A stretch of 36,533 nucleotides of DNA. It comes from Thainema sp. (GTDB taxonomy: Bacteria > Cyanobacteriota > Cyanobacteriia > Phormidesmidales > Phormidesmidaceae). The translations under genes and the position numbers were made by a program. Shown in pieces: positions 9,783 through 19,146 of the stretch. A model generated the notes under the pieces. That model was not told where the DNA came from. It ran no database searches and was given only the letters and a program-made list of their open reading frames with translations. How positions within the stretch are numbered: the stretch's first letter is position 1; each line of letters begins with the position of its first letter. The stretch spans positions 95,010 to 131,542 of the forward strand of contig JBQLZK010000011.1 in assembly GCA_052168235.1 (NCBI GenBank), written 5' to 3'.

Positions 9783-9835
9783 AATCAGTCGTCGTCAACC
9801 TTGAGTTGCAGGTGGGTTAGAAGTATCAAAAATCA

Positions 9836-10867
9836 TTAGAAATAGATGTAGCCGTTCTGTTCGGTCGGGCGAGCCGCTGATCCACCAACGGATCGATCCA
9901 TTGTTGCCCAAATCGCCGACGTATTTTTAGCCGAGGTAGCTGAAACAGGTAAGTCTACACTATCTAAGCTAATTGCTTCCTTCAGTTCTTGCTGAACAAG
10001 CTGGCAAAAATGGCGAATGGGCGGGATGGTCAACCGATCTTCCGTCGTGACCAAAACAACCTCGCGAGTCAGCACCGGATCAGCGGTTGAACGCACCGTC
10101 AGATTGGCCTCCTGGTGAATATCAAAAATTGCGCTCCGAGGCAACAGGGCAATCGACTGGCCTTGCCGCACTACTCCTCGAAATGCATCTAGAGTATTCA
10201 ACTCCAGCACGGCTTTTAGCTCCGCCCCCTGCTGCTGAAACTGCTCCTGCACCAGCCGCTGCATACCGTAACCATCTTTAAAGACAACTTGGGGATAGCG
10301 AACAATTTCTGACCAGGGCACAATCTGATGTTCGGCCAGGGGATGATCCGCCGCCATCAGAATCTGTACAGGCTCTTGATAGAGCACCTCGGTAATCATT
10401 TCGGCGCTCGTGGTCAACCGCCGATTATTCATCACAATCGCGAGGTCAACCAAGCCATCTCGCAGCACCTTCAACGCGCGATCGCTACCCAGAGAAGTCA
10501 CCCGCAACTGCACATCTGGATAGGTCTGACAGAACTGCTGCAGCACTGGCGGCAGGAAATAGGAGCAGACGGAGTGAATCGCTGCGATACAGAGTTCAGG
10601 CTGCTTGCCCGCCATCAAATCCGACAGCTCTTGAACCGCTGTATTCCACTCCTGACACATCCGACGCGCCCTCGGCAATAGGCACTCCCCGGCCACCGTC
10701 AGTTTGGCCTGGGCTGAACGATGAAAGAGCGCGACTCCTAGTTCGGCCTCAATCGCTTGAACTTGGCGGCTAACCGTTGATTGCGTCACATCACACTGAC
10801 GGGCCGCCTGCTGAAAACTGCCCGTTTCGGCAACGGCTAAAAATGCCTTGAGCTGCTCTAGGCGCAT
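9836..10867 (-). CDS. ntcB: LysR-type nitrate assimilation activator NtcB
   Basis: MRLEQLKAFLAVAETGSFQQAA...TQSTVSRQ HTH, LRVTSLGSDRALKVLRDGLVD, FKDGYGMQRLV. NtcA promoter upstream and cnaT downstream. Confidence 0.88.
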   Translation of the reverse strand: MRLEQLKAFLAVAETGSFQQAARQCDVTQSTVSRQVQAIEAELGVALFHRSAQAKLTVAGECLLPRARRMCQEWNTAVQELSDLMAGKQPELCIAAIHSVCSYFLPPVLQQFCQTYPDVQLRVTSLGSDRALKVLRDGLVDLAIVMNNRRLTTSAEMITEVLYQEPVQILMAADHPLAEHQIVPWSEIVRYPQVVFKDGYGMQRLVQEQFQQQGAELKAVLELNTLDAFRGVVRQGQSIALLPRSAIFDIHQEANLTVRSTADPVLTREVVLVTTEDRLTIPPIRHFCQLVQQELKEAISLDSVDLPVSATSAKNTSAIWATMDRSVGGSAARPTEQNGYIYF

Positions 10868-10900
10868 GGGATACCCAAACTTACCGATAGATTGATCTTG

Positions 10901-10942
10901 ACTGTATCGGATGTGCGATCGCGAAATCGTAGAGATTGATAC
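10901..10942 (-). promoter_or_regulatory. Canonical NtcA-activated promoter of ntcB
   Basis: Minus strand reads GTA-TCAATCTC-TAC (10942-10929), then 22 nt, then TACAGT -10 box (10906-10901). Matches GTA-N8-TAC-N22-TAN3T. Confidence 0.8.
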
Positions 10943-11159
10943 AACACAAAAGCTTTATTCGCGCTAAGCGATCAATCATAGCTAGCAATTCTGCATATTC
11001 TGATCCTTTGGAATTCTTTGTATAAGGGGAACATTCCACTTTGATAACAATAGCCCCAAAGCATTGACGCTTTGAGGCTATTCTCAAGATTGGGTTTAGT
11101 ATCCAGAGTAGTGATGCCCGTAAATCATAAATGATGCTTGGATTAAGGATGGATACAGG

Positions 11160-11381
11160 CTAATCGTTGTCCCATTCTTCTTGCCCCATCAAATCACCGA
11201 TTCGATCCCTCAGTAAGAAATCACACCGCTCTAATTCACATTCAACAAACGCCCATTCACGCGCTGGGATGTAGTTGCAAAGCACATAAATTGGCTGCTG
11301 ACGGCTAACAACACCTTTTTCAACTAATTGGCGAGCCTCATCTTTAATTGCATCGATCGAAAACTGAAGTGACTGAAGCAT
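11160..11381 (-). CDS. DUF4327-family small protein
   Basis: IKDEARQLV.KG.VSRQQPIY.LC.YIPAREW..VE.ELE..DFLLRDRIGDL...EW.ND. Confidence 0.85.
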   Translation of the reverse strand: MLQSLQFSIDAIKDEARQLVEKGVVSRQQPIYVLCNYIPAREWAFVECELERCDFLLRDRIGDLMGQEEWDND

Positions 11382-12294
11382 AATTGACCCTGCTGCGTTC
11401 TGTTAATGTCTAAATTCCTGAGCTAACCACTCAGGCGCGATGATGATGTTAAACACGATATTCTGCGAACATCGCTTTGGACGTTTTGCAGAAATATCGC
11501 TCCAACGGTAGAGGGAGAAAATCAGGCTTTACTATCCAAACAGACAAGATTTATCATAAGCCAGATCTGTAGTCTCGTATACTGAAGGATTTTCTACTTT
11601 AAATTACTAACATTGAAATTATATGAACAATTGCGAAGAGAGTCATCTGTCCTACGCCATTGACCTACTTGGTTTTCTATAGACTGAAATCAATCAATTG
11701 ACGTAGACATATTGGCGAGTTTTGGATTTAATCGGTTCTGATTAGCTTGCGGCATTTGCAGTTTAAGACTCTTCAAACCTAGCTATATCAGCCGTTTGCT
11801 TTGCGATGCCACACATTCACAGATAATGAAGATGGTCATTATGCGCTAACGGTGGATAACTCTTTCTTTACCTGATTGTGGAGGATAGATGAAAACTTTA
11901 GCGTGTAGTTAAATGTTTTCTTTAGCAATGTAAGGTTGATTTTTCTTGTTTTTGTTATGTTTTCTTGACAATTCATGTCGCCCAAACACCTCAAACTCCA
12001 GCCTGCTGAATCACATCACCATTTATCAGCCACCCATTAACCCTTTATCAACCATCGCTGGTTTACTGCATAGCGTTTGTCACCCTATCGAAAAAGACAG
12101 GGCGCTACTTAATCTGGGTATGTCGATTTTGCTTTGTGCCCATTGAGCATGCAGGGCAACATTGCCGCTGCGAGTTTTGGTGCGAAATGTAAGACGACTT
12201 ACTATCTTGTTTTCAGCGTTGGCTCAGGAAAAACTCAGATTGCTGGGACATGCTGGTGGCATTCGTCTTACAGCATCAAGCCAAGGAGTTTACG

Positions 12295-12804
12295 ATGAAT
12301 CGCATAATTGGATGGGTGAGTGGTCTTGCCTTAGTTGCGATCGCAGGTTGTTCAGGCTCGACGCCCAACGCTCAAGCCCCGTCAGCTAACAGTTCAACCA
12401 GTGAAACCATCACGGCAGCGGCAGAACCTACGGTGATCGAGTTAACTCAAACGGGCTGTCAGTTTCTGGAAGTGGAAAATCGGGACTATGGCTACACCCC
12501 TGCTAGCGCTGAGCAGTGTGAGGAAATTAACGCTGAAACAATTCGCGATCGCGAATCGGCCTTTCAACCCCTTCAACTCGCAGCAGGCGAATACATCTTT
12601 CGCGTTGCTAACCAAGACGTTCCTTACGAACTCGGCTTCTACCTACGCGGTAAAGGTATCCAGCAGGCCACTCTACCTAAAGTCAGCGGCGGCGGCCTCA
12701 CCGAAGGCACAACTCAGGAGTACCGCGTCACCCTCAAACCCGGCGAATATGTCTTTAGCTGCCCGCTTAACCCTACGCCTGACTATCCGATTGTTGTTCA
12801 GTAA
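12295..12804 (+). CDS. Cupredoxin-fold lipoprotein
   Basis: AAGGAG RBS, lipobox IAG-C, C-terminal VTLKPGEYVFSCPLNPTP. Confidence 0.75.
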   Translation: MNRIIGWVSGLALVAIAGCSGSTPNAQAPSANSSTSETITAAAEPTVIELTQTGCQFLEVENRDYGYTPASAEQCEEINAETIRDRESAFQPLQLAAGEYIFRVANQDVPYELGFYLRGKGIQQATLPKVSGGGLTEGTTQEYRVTLKPGEYVFSCPLNPTPDYPIVVQ

Positions 12805-12810
12805 TATTTC

Positions 12811-13431
12811 ATGCCTAACACCAACTGGTTGATCACTAACACAGGCGAATCTCATGCGTTTTCGGTCAGTGATGACGCTGATAACATTTTAGAAATCGAT
12901 CGGCCCTATCGGCTTTATCGATTTCTCACCGATGTGGAAAATATCTTGTATGCCGAAGCAGATGATTGGGTGCGGTTGCAAAGGATTTGTCCACTGGTGC
13001 GCCGCTTACTGAACAGTTCCTGGTGGCTGCAAGGAGAGTATAAGGAACCGAATCCGCAAACGGGCTGGTCAGTCAAATTCCTCTATGAGGAACCAGACTT
13101 TCCGCTGACGGTGCAAACGGTGGTGTGGCTACCGGGGCAGGTGTCGTCGATTCACAATCACGGTGCATTAGGGATTGTGGCGTTAATTGACGGGCAGGAA
13201 AAGAATCAGCTTTGGCGACGAGTTGGGGATCCAGACTATTGCGATCGCATTGAACCTGTGGGCGATCTGGTTCTTGAACCGGGCGACATTATTGGTCTCA
13301 TGCCAGATGCTATCCATCATGTTGAGGTAATGAGTGAACAGCCCACGATTAGCTTTAACCTCTATGGCCCAACCAATTACGACCAGCGCTATGAATTTGA
13401 TGTGAAGCAGCACACAGCGAAGCAGTTTTGA
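12811..13431 (+). CDS. Cupin / cysteine dioxygenase-like protein
   Basis: W.PGQ.S.IHNHG and PDAIHHV metal-binding motifs; SFNLYG. Confidence 0.8.
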   Translation: MPNTNWLITNTGESHAFSVSDDADNILEIDRPYRLYRFLTDVENILYAEADDWVRLQRICPLVRRLLNSSWWLQGEYKEPNPQTGWSVKFLYEEPDFPLTVQTVVWLPGQVSSIHNHGALGIVALIDGQEKNQLWRRVGDPDYCDRIEPVGDLVLEPGDIIGLMPDAIHHVEVMSEQPTISFNLYGPTNYDQRYEFDVKQHTAKQF

Positions 13432-13641
13432 TGGTTGAAGAAGTGGTAAACCCGGAAAAGGTTATTACGAGAGGGTTTAGGGCAATATGCTTGACTTTGG
13501 TTTAACTCTTTGGCGATTCAATCCGCCTTTGCCACAGCATGCAATGTAAAAATTAGACTTTTTTGGCAAAACATCGGGAATCAGCCGGGCCAGCGGTGAA
13601 AGATGTAAGTAGACATTTCAGTCTATTGAAATAATTTTGCT

Positions 13642-13812
13642 ATGGCCTGTTTACTGTTCCTGATTGTCATCGCTATCGTTTTGCGTTCGTTTACGGGAGA
13701 AGTTTTCAAAAAGCCCAAGCCCAAATCGCCGGAGAAAGAGCTGGGAGAGGCTTTAACTAAGTACCTGGAAGCGGGCGTCATCATCCGCACGGCTCCCGAG
13801 AAAAAGAATTAG
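13642..13812 (+). CDS. Small single-TM hypothetical protein (56 aa), below the ORF-track cut-off
   Basis: MACLLFLIVIAIVLRSFTGEVFKKPKPKSPEKELGEALTKYLEAGVIIRTAPEKKN*. Fills an otherwise empty gap. Confidence 0.55.
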   Translation: MACLLFLIVIAIVLRSFTGEVFKKPKPKSPEKELGEALTKYLEAGVIIRTAPEKKN

Positions 13813-13875
13813 CAGCCACCGGAATCGACAATACGGTCTGCGTACGTTGATCGAGACGTTGATACTCATATTGAA

Positions 13876-14529
13876 CTAATAATGCTGACCCGTGACGATA
13901 TAGGCGACGCGACGCCCAATATTGGTTGCGTGGTCAGCCATGCGCTCTAAGTAGCGAATTACAAGCACCAGCAGCACAATGGGTTCGACGGCTGTGACCG
14001 GATCGGTCTGCACCAGCAAATCGTACAGTTCGTCGTAGTCGGTATCAATCAGATCATCTTTGGCCTTAATATCGAGTCCTGATGTCGCATCTAGATTGGC
14101 GAGTGCGGCTAAACTCATCGCCAACATTGAACGGCAGCGATCGCTCATGAGCTGGACGCGATCCATGCAGGGATGAATGGGGCAGGGAAAGAGCTTTACA
14201 GCGACTTCTGCCATATCAACAGCATAGTCGCCAATTCGCTCTAGATCGCGTACTAGCTGCATAAAAGCGCTAATTAGGCGCAAATCCTGCGTTACGGGAG
14301 CCTGTAGCGCCAGCAGGTTGACACAGTCCAGTTCAATTTGGCGGTAGAGCCGATCAATTTCTTTATCGTGACTTTTGATGCAGCGAGCCGTTTCTAAATC
14401 TCGGCTAAAAAGGGCTTGATCTGCCATCCAGCAAGACTGTTCAACCAATGCTCCCATTCGCAACACATCCTGTCGTAGCGATCGCAGCTGGCGCTGAAAT
14501 TGAGTTCGAGTTGGTCTGGGAGCTTCCAA
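13876..14529 (-). CDS. phoU: Phosphate signalling protein PhoU
   Basis: LRMGALVE, QAPV.QDLR, DLERIGDYA, LERMADHATNI. TTG start after GAGGA. Confidence 0.95.
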   Translation of the reverse strand: MEAPRPTRTQFQRQLRSLRQDVLRMGALVEQSCWMADQALFSRDLETARCIKSHDKEIDRLYRQIELDCVNLLALQAPVTQDLRLISAFMQLVRDLERIGDYAVDMAEVAVKLFPCPIHPCMDRVQLMSDRCRSMLAMSLAALANLDATSGLDIKAKDDLIDTDYDELYDLLVQTDPVTAVEPIVLLVLVIRYLERMADHATNIGRRVAYIVTGQHY

Positions 14530-14691
14530 CGATGTCCTCGCTTGTCATAGTTGTATGCGAGCCACACGATTCAACGATGGCTCATCTATGCTCAATATTA
14601 ATTAATCTCCTGATATCTTGCATCAAAACTCAGGCGGGAGATGTTGCCGTTGCATTGCGGCAGTGACATCCTTCTCCTCAGTTTTGAATAA

Positions 14692-14781
14692 TAGACCTTA
14701 TCGGAAATTGTTTTGTAGCGCGACTCTGCCGCGCTACAAAACAATTTCCAACCCCAAAAACTTTATTTCCAATAAAGTCTA
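14692..14781. repeat. MITE/REP-like element with 20-bp perfect inner hairpin and imperfect terminal inverted repeats
   Basis: Stem 14703-14722/14730-14749; ends TAGACCTTATCGGAAAT / ATTTCCAATAAAGTCTA. Confidence 0.7.
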
Positions 14782-14953
14782 ATGGAGTCTACACAGTTCT
14801 TGCATCTTACTGCGCCTATGAGGCATCGTACATCATGCGATTGGGGTTTTGACTGGGTTGCCTATATTACGTCATGTAACAAAGCGTGCCAGAGCCATTA
14901 GATTTGAAGGAAATTAATGAAGATTGAAGACATTATGAGGAGTCTAGATCAAT

Positions 14954-15043
14954 ATGTCTGATTTACAAGTCTATGTTGCTTTGGTTGTTGCCCTAATCCC
15001 TGGCGTAATGGCCGTTCGCTTAGCAACAGAACTCTATAAGTAA
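14954..15043 (+). CDS. psaM: Photosystem I reaction centre subunit XII
   Basis: MSDLQVYVALVVALIPGVMAVRLATELYK*; GAGGAG RBS. Not in the ORF track. Confidence 0.95.
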   Translation: MSDLQVYVALVVALIPGVMAVRLATELYK

Positions 15044-15051
15044 GTTACTGT

Positions 15052-15077
15052 TTGGGCGAGTCAACGCACTTGCTCAA
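15052..15077 (+). terminator. Hairpin downstream of psaM
   Basis: TTGGGCGAGT/ACTTGCTCAA stem with G-U pairs favouring the + strand. No strong T-tract. Confidence 0.45.
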
Positions 15078-15200
15078 ATGAAGTGCCTCCTAGCTAGGGC
15101 TGGAGCAGTTAGCTGACCTGCGTTGATAGATGACTAATCTAAACGGCGTTGGCAGCTAAAGGCGCAGCCCTTTTTAACTGTGTTACAGGCAAATTACAGG

Positions 15201-16427
15201 CTAAACCTGTTTTTTGTTGACTGGTTCGGTGGGAGATTGAGGTTCAAACGCTTCGTGAACCACGATACGCGGCAACCGATGCTTAAAGCCGCAGAGAATT
15301 TCCCAGGAAATGGTGCCGAGCTGATTGGCCCAGTCTTCTGGAGTGATGCACTCTGGGCCACACTGTCCCAATAGCGTAACGACTTCGCCTTCCTGCAAAT
15401 CGGCAATAGCACTCACATCGACCATGAGCTGATCCATGGTCACCGCACCAATTTGAGGCAGCCGCTGGCCCCGGATCAGCACCTGAAGCTGATTGGATAA
15501 ATTGCGCGGTACGCCATCGGCATAGCCAATCCCGACAACTGCAATCCGCATCGGTCGCTGGGCAATATAGCGATGGCCGTAACTGACCCCTGTACCAGCC
15601 GCTATGGTTTTAACTTGGGTGACGCGGGCTTTCACCTGGAGGGCAGGCTGAAGCTGGACGGTCGGGGCCAAATGGGGCGCAGGATACAGGCCGTAGGTGG
15701 CTAATCCAACCCGCACCATGTCGTAGTGGAGCTGTGGATCAGCCAGGGTGGCGGCAGAATTGGCAATGTGTAATCGGGGCGGCGTGTAGTCGAGCTGCTG
15801 CTGCAACTGTGCGATCGCAGATTGATAGCGTTTGTGCTGCTGCTGCATGACGGCTGGATCGGGATCATCGGCTGTGGCCAGATGAGAGTAGATACTGGCA
15901 ATTTGCAGCTGCGGCAAGCGCTGCACAAACTGGACAAACTCCACCGCTTGATCCCAGTTGGTGCCCAATCGCGACATGCCCGTATCCAGCTTTAAGTGAA
16001 CGGGTAAGGGCTGCTGTCCGGAATCGGCCTGGAGCGTTTCAGCAAACACCAGCGCCTGCTTCGGGGTGCCAATTGTCGGTTGGAGTCGCCAGTGGGCCAT
16101 CGCCCGAATTTGAGCAGGCATATTGGTCGCGCCCAGCATCAAAATTGGCGCTTGGATGCCCGCTTCCCGCAATTCGATCCCTTCTGGTACGGTTGCCACA
16201 CCCAGCCAGGTCGCGCCAGCGGCGAGAGCGGTTTTGGCGATGGTAACGGCACCGTGGCCATAGGCATCGGCTTTGACAACGGCCATCAGATCGGTTTGCG
16301 ATCGCAACAGCGCTTTCAGCGCCTTCACGTTATGTTGAACTGCTGCAACATTGATTTCGATCCAAGCTCGCTCTTGTCGCATCGACAACAAACTTGGGGT
16401 TTGATCCCAACTCAACATTTCCACCAC
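15201..16427 (-). CDS. alr: Alanine racemase
   Basis: MAVVKADAYGHG, HLKLDTGMSRLG, GYADG, GTISWEILCG. Confidence 0.97.
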   Translation of the reverse strand: MVEMLSWDQTPSLLSMRQERAWIEINVAAVQHNVKALKALLRSQTDLMAVVKADAYGHGAVTIAKTALAAGATWLGVATVPEGIELREAGIQAPILMLGATNMPAQIRAMAHWRLQPTIGTPKQALVFAETLQADSGQQPLPVHLKLDTGMSRLGTNWDQAVEFVQFVQRLPQLQIASIYSHLATADDPDPAVMQQQHKRYQSAIAQLQQQLDYTPPRLHIANSAATLADPQLHYDMVRVGLATYGLYPAPHLAPTVQLQPALQVKARVTQVKTIAAGTGVSYGHRYIAQRPMRIAVVGIGYADGVPRNLSNQLQVLIRGQRLPQIGAVTMDQLMVDVSAIADLQEGEVVTLLGQCGPECITPEDWANQLGTISWEILCGFKHRLPRIVVHEAFEPQSPTEPVNKKQV

Positions 16428-16484
16428 ACTCCTTCATTACACACCACACACCACACGTCATATTAAGTCCGCGTGTAAGAACCC

Positions 16485-16537
16485 TATTTATTTTTTGCGA
16501 AATGCTGGCATAGCCAGCATTTCGCAAAAAATAAATA
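16485..16537. repeat. 25-bp perfect inverted repeat (REP/MITE-like)
   Basis: TATTTATTTTTTGCGAAATGCTGGC-ATA-GCCAGCATTTCGCAAAAAATAAATA. Confidence 0.8.
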
Positions 16538-16844
16538 ATGGGTTTTTAACCGGATTTCATATAACCCTTCAGGACGAGAGATTGACCTCATCCTAAAACC
16601 ACTTAACATCACACGAATTCAGCTTCAGGATGTTTCTCCTGCGTTACCTTTTACACCACAACTCAGAAGGGAAACTTACCGCCGCGAAGCGGCAGTAAGT
16701 TCCTGCTTCAGGTTTTAGGTTTACAAGGTGCAGGAGGTAAATCATCCTAAAATTACCTAGCAGTCTACCAGGGGAATCCGAAAAGGGCACAACTGAAACT
16801 CCTGTGCTACCATCGGAGAAATCTATACCTACCCTGATCCCGCT

Positions 16845-17342
16845 ATGAGCAAGGTTCTGGTGCTAAACGCTTCCTACGAACCGTTGAACATTACAAGCTG
16901 GAGACGAGCGGTCGTCTTGTTAATCAAGGGAAAGGCAGAGCAGGTTGAGCATAATGGCAAAGTGATCTACAACCAAATGCCGCTGCCAACGGTCATTCGC
17001 CTCCGTCACTATGTCCGCGTGCCTTATAAGGAAATTCCGCTGACTCGTCGCAATCTGCTCCATCGCGACAACCATACCTGTCAATACTGTGGTGATGCCA
17101 AAGAGGGCCTCACTCTCGACCATGTGATTCCGCGATCGCGGGGCGGCAAGGATACCTGGGAAAATATGGTCGTGGCCTGTGTTCGCTGCAACGTCAAGAA
17201 AGGAAATCGCACGCCTCAAGAAGCCAGTATGCTGCTGGCCTGCCATCCCCGCCGACCTCACAGCAGTCTTTATTTTGAAGTGACAAAACACGTCCGCAGC
17301 GGCGGTCATCAAGAATGGCGCAAGTATGTGATTGGGACTTAA
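16845..17342 (+). CDS. HNH endonuclease (McrA-like)
   Basis: VLVLNASYEPL, RD.HTCQYCG, LTLDHVIPRSRGG, WENMV.ACVRCNVKKGNRTP. Confidence 0.93.
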   Translation: MSKVLVLNASYEPLNITSWRRAVVLLIKGKAEQVEHNGKVIYNQMPLPTVIRLRHYVRVPYKEIPLTRRNLLHRDNHTCQYCGDAKEGLTLDHVIPRSRGGKDTWENMVVACVRCNVKKGNRTPQEASMLLACHPRRPHSSLYFEVTKHVRSGGHQEWRKYVIGT

Positions 17343-17442
17343 TTGAGACTCAACCGGGACTTTAAGAACCAATCGAGTCGATCATGAACTAAGTGCGTGA
17401 TTGGAATCGAAGGGTCGATCAGGTTGCTCATGAAGATGATGC

Positions 17443-18978
17443 TTAAGAATCTTGCCAGAGATCGTCGGGTTGGGTGGCAGACTGATTGAGCTGGGCAGGT
17501 GAGCTATTGGGTTGAAATGAGGTCTGTTTCGCCTGTCGATTGAGCTGCTTAAGCGCCCACGCTGCTGTGTCCCGCACGGTTGGATCGGTATCTTCCATCG
17601 CGTGGCGCAGCAGGGGGGCAAGCTGAGCCACCTGATCGTAAATGCGGGTCAAGTCGCGAATTGCGTTCTTGCGTACCTCAGCATTTTCGTCCTGTAGCGA
17701 CAGGGCCAGTGCCCGATGCATCGGATTCAAGGTACGTTCACCAATTTCTGATAAGGCCGCCAAGATCAGGCTGCGCTGCTGGGAATCCGAATCGATCATC
17801 AGATTAACCAGGGGCTGAATCGCTTGAGTTGTACCCTGCTGGCCCAGTTGCCAAATGGCCTTACGGCGCACGGTCGAGTCAATATTGTCTAGATCTTGAA
17901 TTAACGATTCGATTAGGTTCGTTTTGCTGAACCGGGTGGTGGGGCTGACGTTCGCGGGCTGAAGCGAGGCTGAACCATTCGCCTCGCCAGCCTGAGGGCC
18001 GTCAGTTGGCTCAGGCGATGGTATATCCTTTGCGATCGCAGCCGCCGCATCGTGATTGACAGATTCGGGATTGATAGATGGTGATTCAGCGGCAGGAATG
18101 GGCTCTGAATAAGGTTCGGGTGGAGGTGAAGCGGGGACGCTAACCGAAGCGGCTGCATGGGAACCGTTGCCAATCGGTGTAGCGGTTGTATTAATGGCGT
18201 GAAAGGCCGCGTCGGAACCGGTCAGATCTGCGACGGGTGACTGGTTATCTACATCGTTGCCTAAAGCTTTATCGGATTGAGTGGATGGCTGGGTGAACCA
18301 CTTCCAGACCCATAAAGACATGCCTGCGATCGCAACTAGACCAAAAACGGCAACGCCGCCAATCAGCAAAATGCGCTTCAGCGTCCAGTCAGCCTGCTCT
18401 GGCGCTTGGGCTGGAGCAGGTTGCTCGGGGGCTGCTCCAGCTTCGGGGTTAGCTGAATCGGAAGGCGGAGTGGTTTCTGCTTCGCCTGCCTCAGCGGAGG
18501 ATTCTGACGGCGGCGTTTCAGTCACTAAAGCTTTGTTACTGGTTTGAATCCGCTCCCACGTTCTCAAATCAATTCGTCCGGTAGCCTCTAATCCCTCGGT
18601 CTCCTGAAACTGTTGAACGGCAGCGGCTGTAGTATCACTGTAAAGGCCATCCACAGTGCCGCTGAAATAGCCCAGTTCAGCCAATTTTTGCTGGACTGAT
18701 TCCACGCCCGGCCCTTCACTCCCTAGCTGCATCAGGGCGCGGGGAGATTCCTCTTCGACATCCTCCAGTAAGGAGCTGCCTGTATCTTCCTCACTCTCTG
18801 GATCCAGCGCGGATTCATCTAGTAAAGAGCTGCCCGCATCGGTATCCGCTTGAGCCAGCAGATGCAGGTAATCCAGTGGTGGATGGGCAAACGAATCGGA
18901 TCTGGCTTGAGCCTTTTCAGGCGTACTCAACCAGCACGTCCAAATTGCAATCAGTAGGGGCAAAAAGCGGTGGGACAT
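17443..18978 (-). CDS. Membrane protein with peptidoglycan-binding domain and HEAT/PBS-lyase repeats
   Basis: Signal peptide, PG_binding_1 motif (VQQKLAELGYF...VDGLY...T.AAV.QFQ...GL.ATG), TM helix, Pro-rich linker, C-terminal HEAT repeats (VRRKAIWQLG, VRKNAIRDL, VRDTAAWAL). Confidence 0.85.
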   Translation of the reverse strand: MSHRFLPLLIAIWTCWLSTPEKAQARSDSFAHPPLDYLHLLAQADTDAGSSLLDESALDPESEEDTGSSLLEDVEEESPRALMQLGSEGPGVESVQQKLAELGYFSGTVDGLYSDTTAAAVQQFQETEGLEATGRIDLRTWERIQTSNKALVTETPPSESSAEAGEAETTPPSDSANPEAGAAPEQPAPAQAPEQADWTLKRILLIGGVAVFGLVAIAGMSLWVWKWFTQPSTQSDKALGNDVDNQSPVADLTGSDAAFHAINTTATPIGNGSHAAASVSVPASPPPEPYSEPIPAAESPSINPESVNHDAAAAIAKDIPSPEPTDGPQAGEANGSASLQPANVSPTTRFSKTNLIESLIQDLDNIDSTVRRKAIWQLGQQGTTQAIQPLVNLMIDSDSQQRSLILAALSEIGERTLNPMHRALALSLQDENAEVRKNAIRDLTRIYDQVAQLAPLLRHAMEDTDPTVRDTAAWALKQLNRQAKQTSFQPNSSPAQLNQSATQPDDLWQDS

Positions 18979-19146
18979 GACCTATGGCAAAGAAACGGAC
19001 GATTAAGCAGGAGCAGCACCCAGAGCCATCGTACTTCATTGCTTCTTATCCTACCTGCGATCGCACAGGCTGGAACAATCAGGAGAGGTGCGATCGCAAT
19101 TTAGAAGGTAGAAAAACGACTTGCCACCGAATATCAAAGCCGACAA

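Noticed and set aside
16845..17342. HNH gene as a mobile, IscB-like or defence nuclease
   Set aside because: Stand-alone 165-aa McrA-like HNH with host-like composition and an internal HIP1, no RuvC motifs and no transposon ends. To my knowledge the alr-HNH pairing is common in cyanobacteria.
17333..17382. GAC boxes after the HNH gene, including a perfect TGAGACTCA, as another phased element
   Set aside because: Core spacing is 11, 11, 19 rather than 12-21-21-12. At best a partial match.
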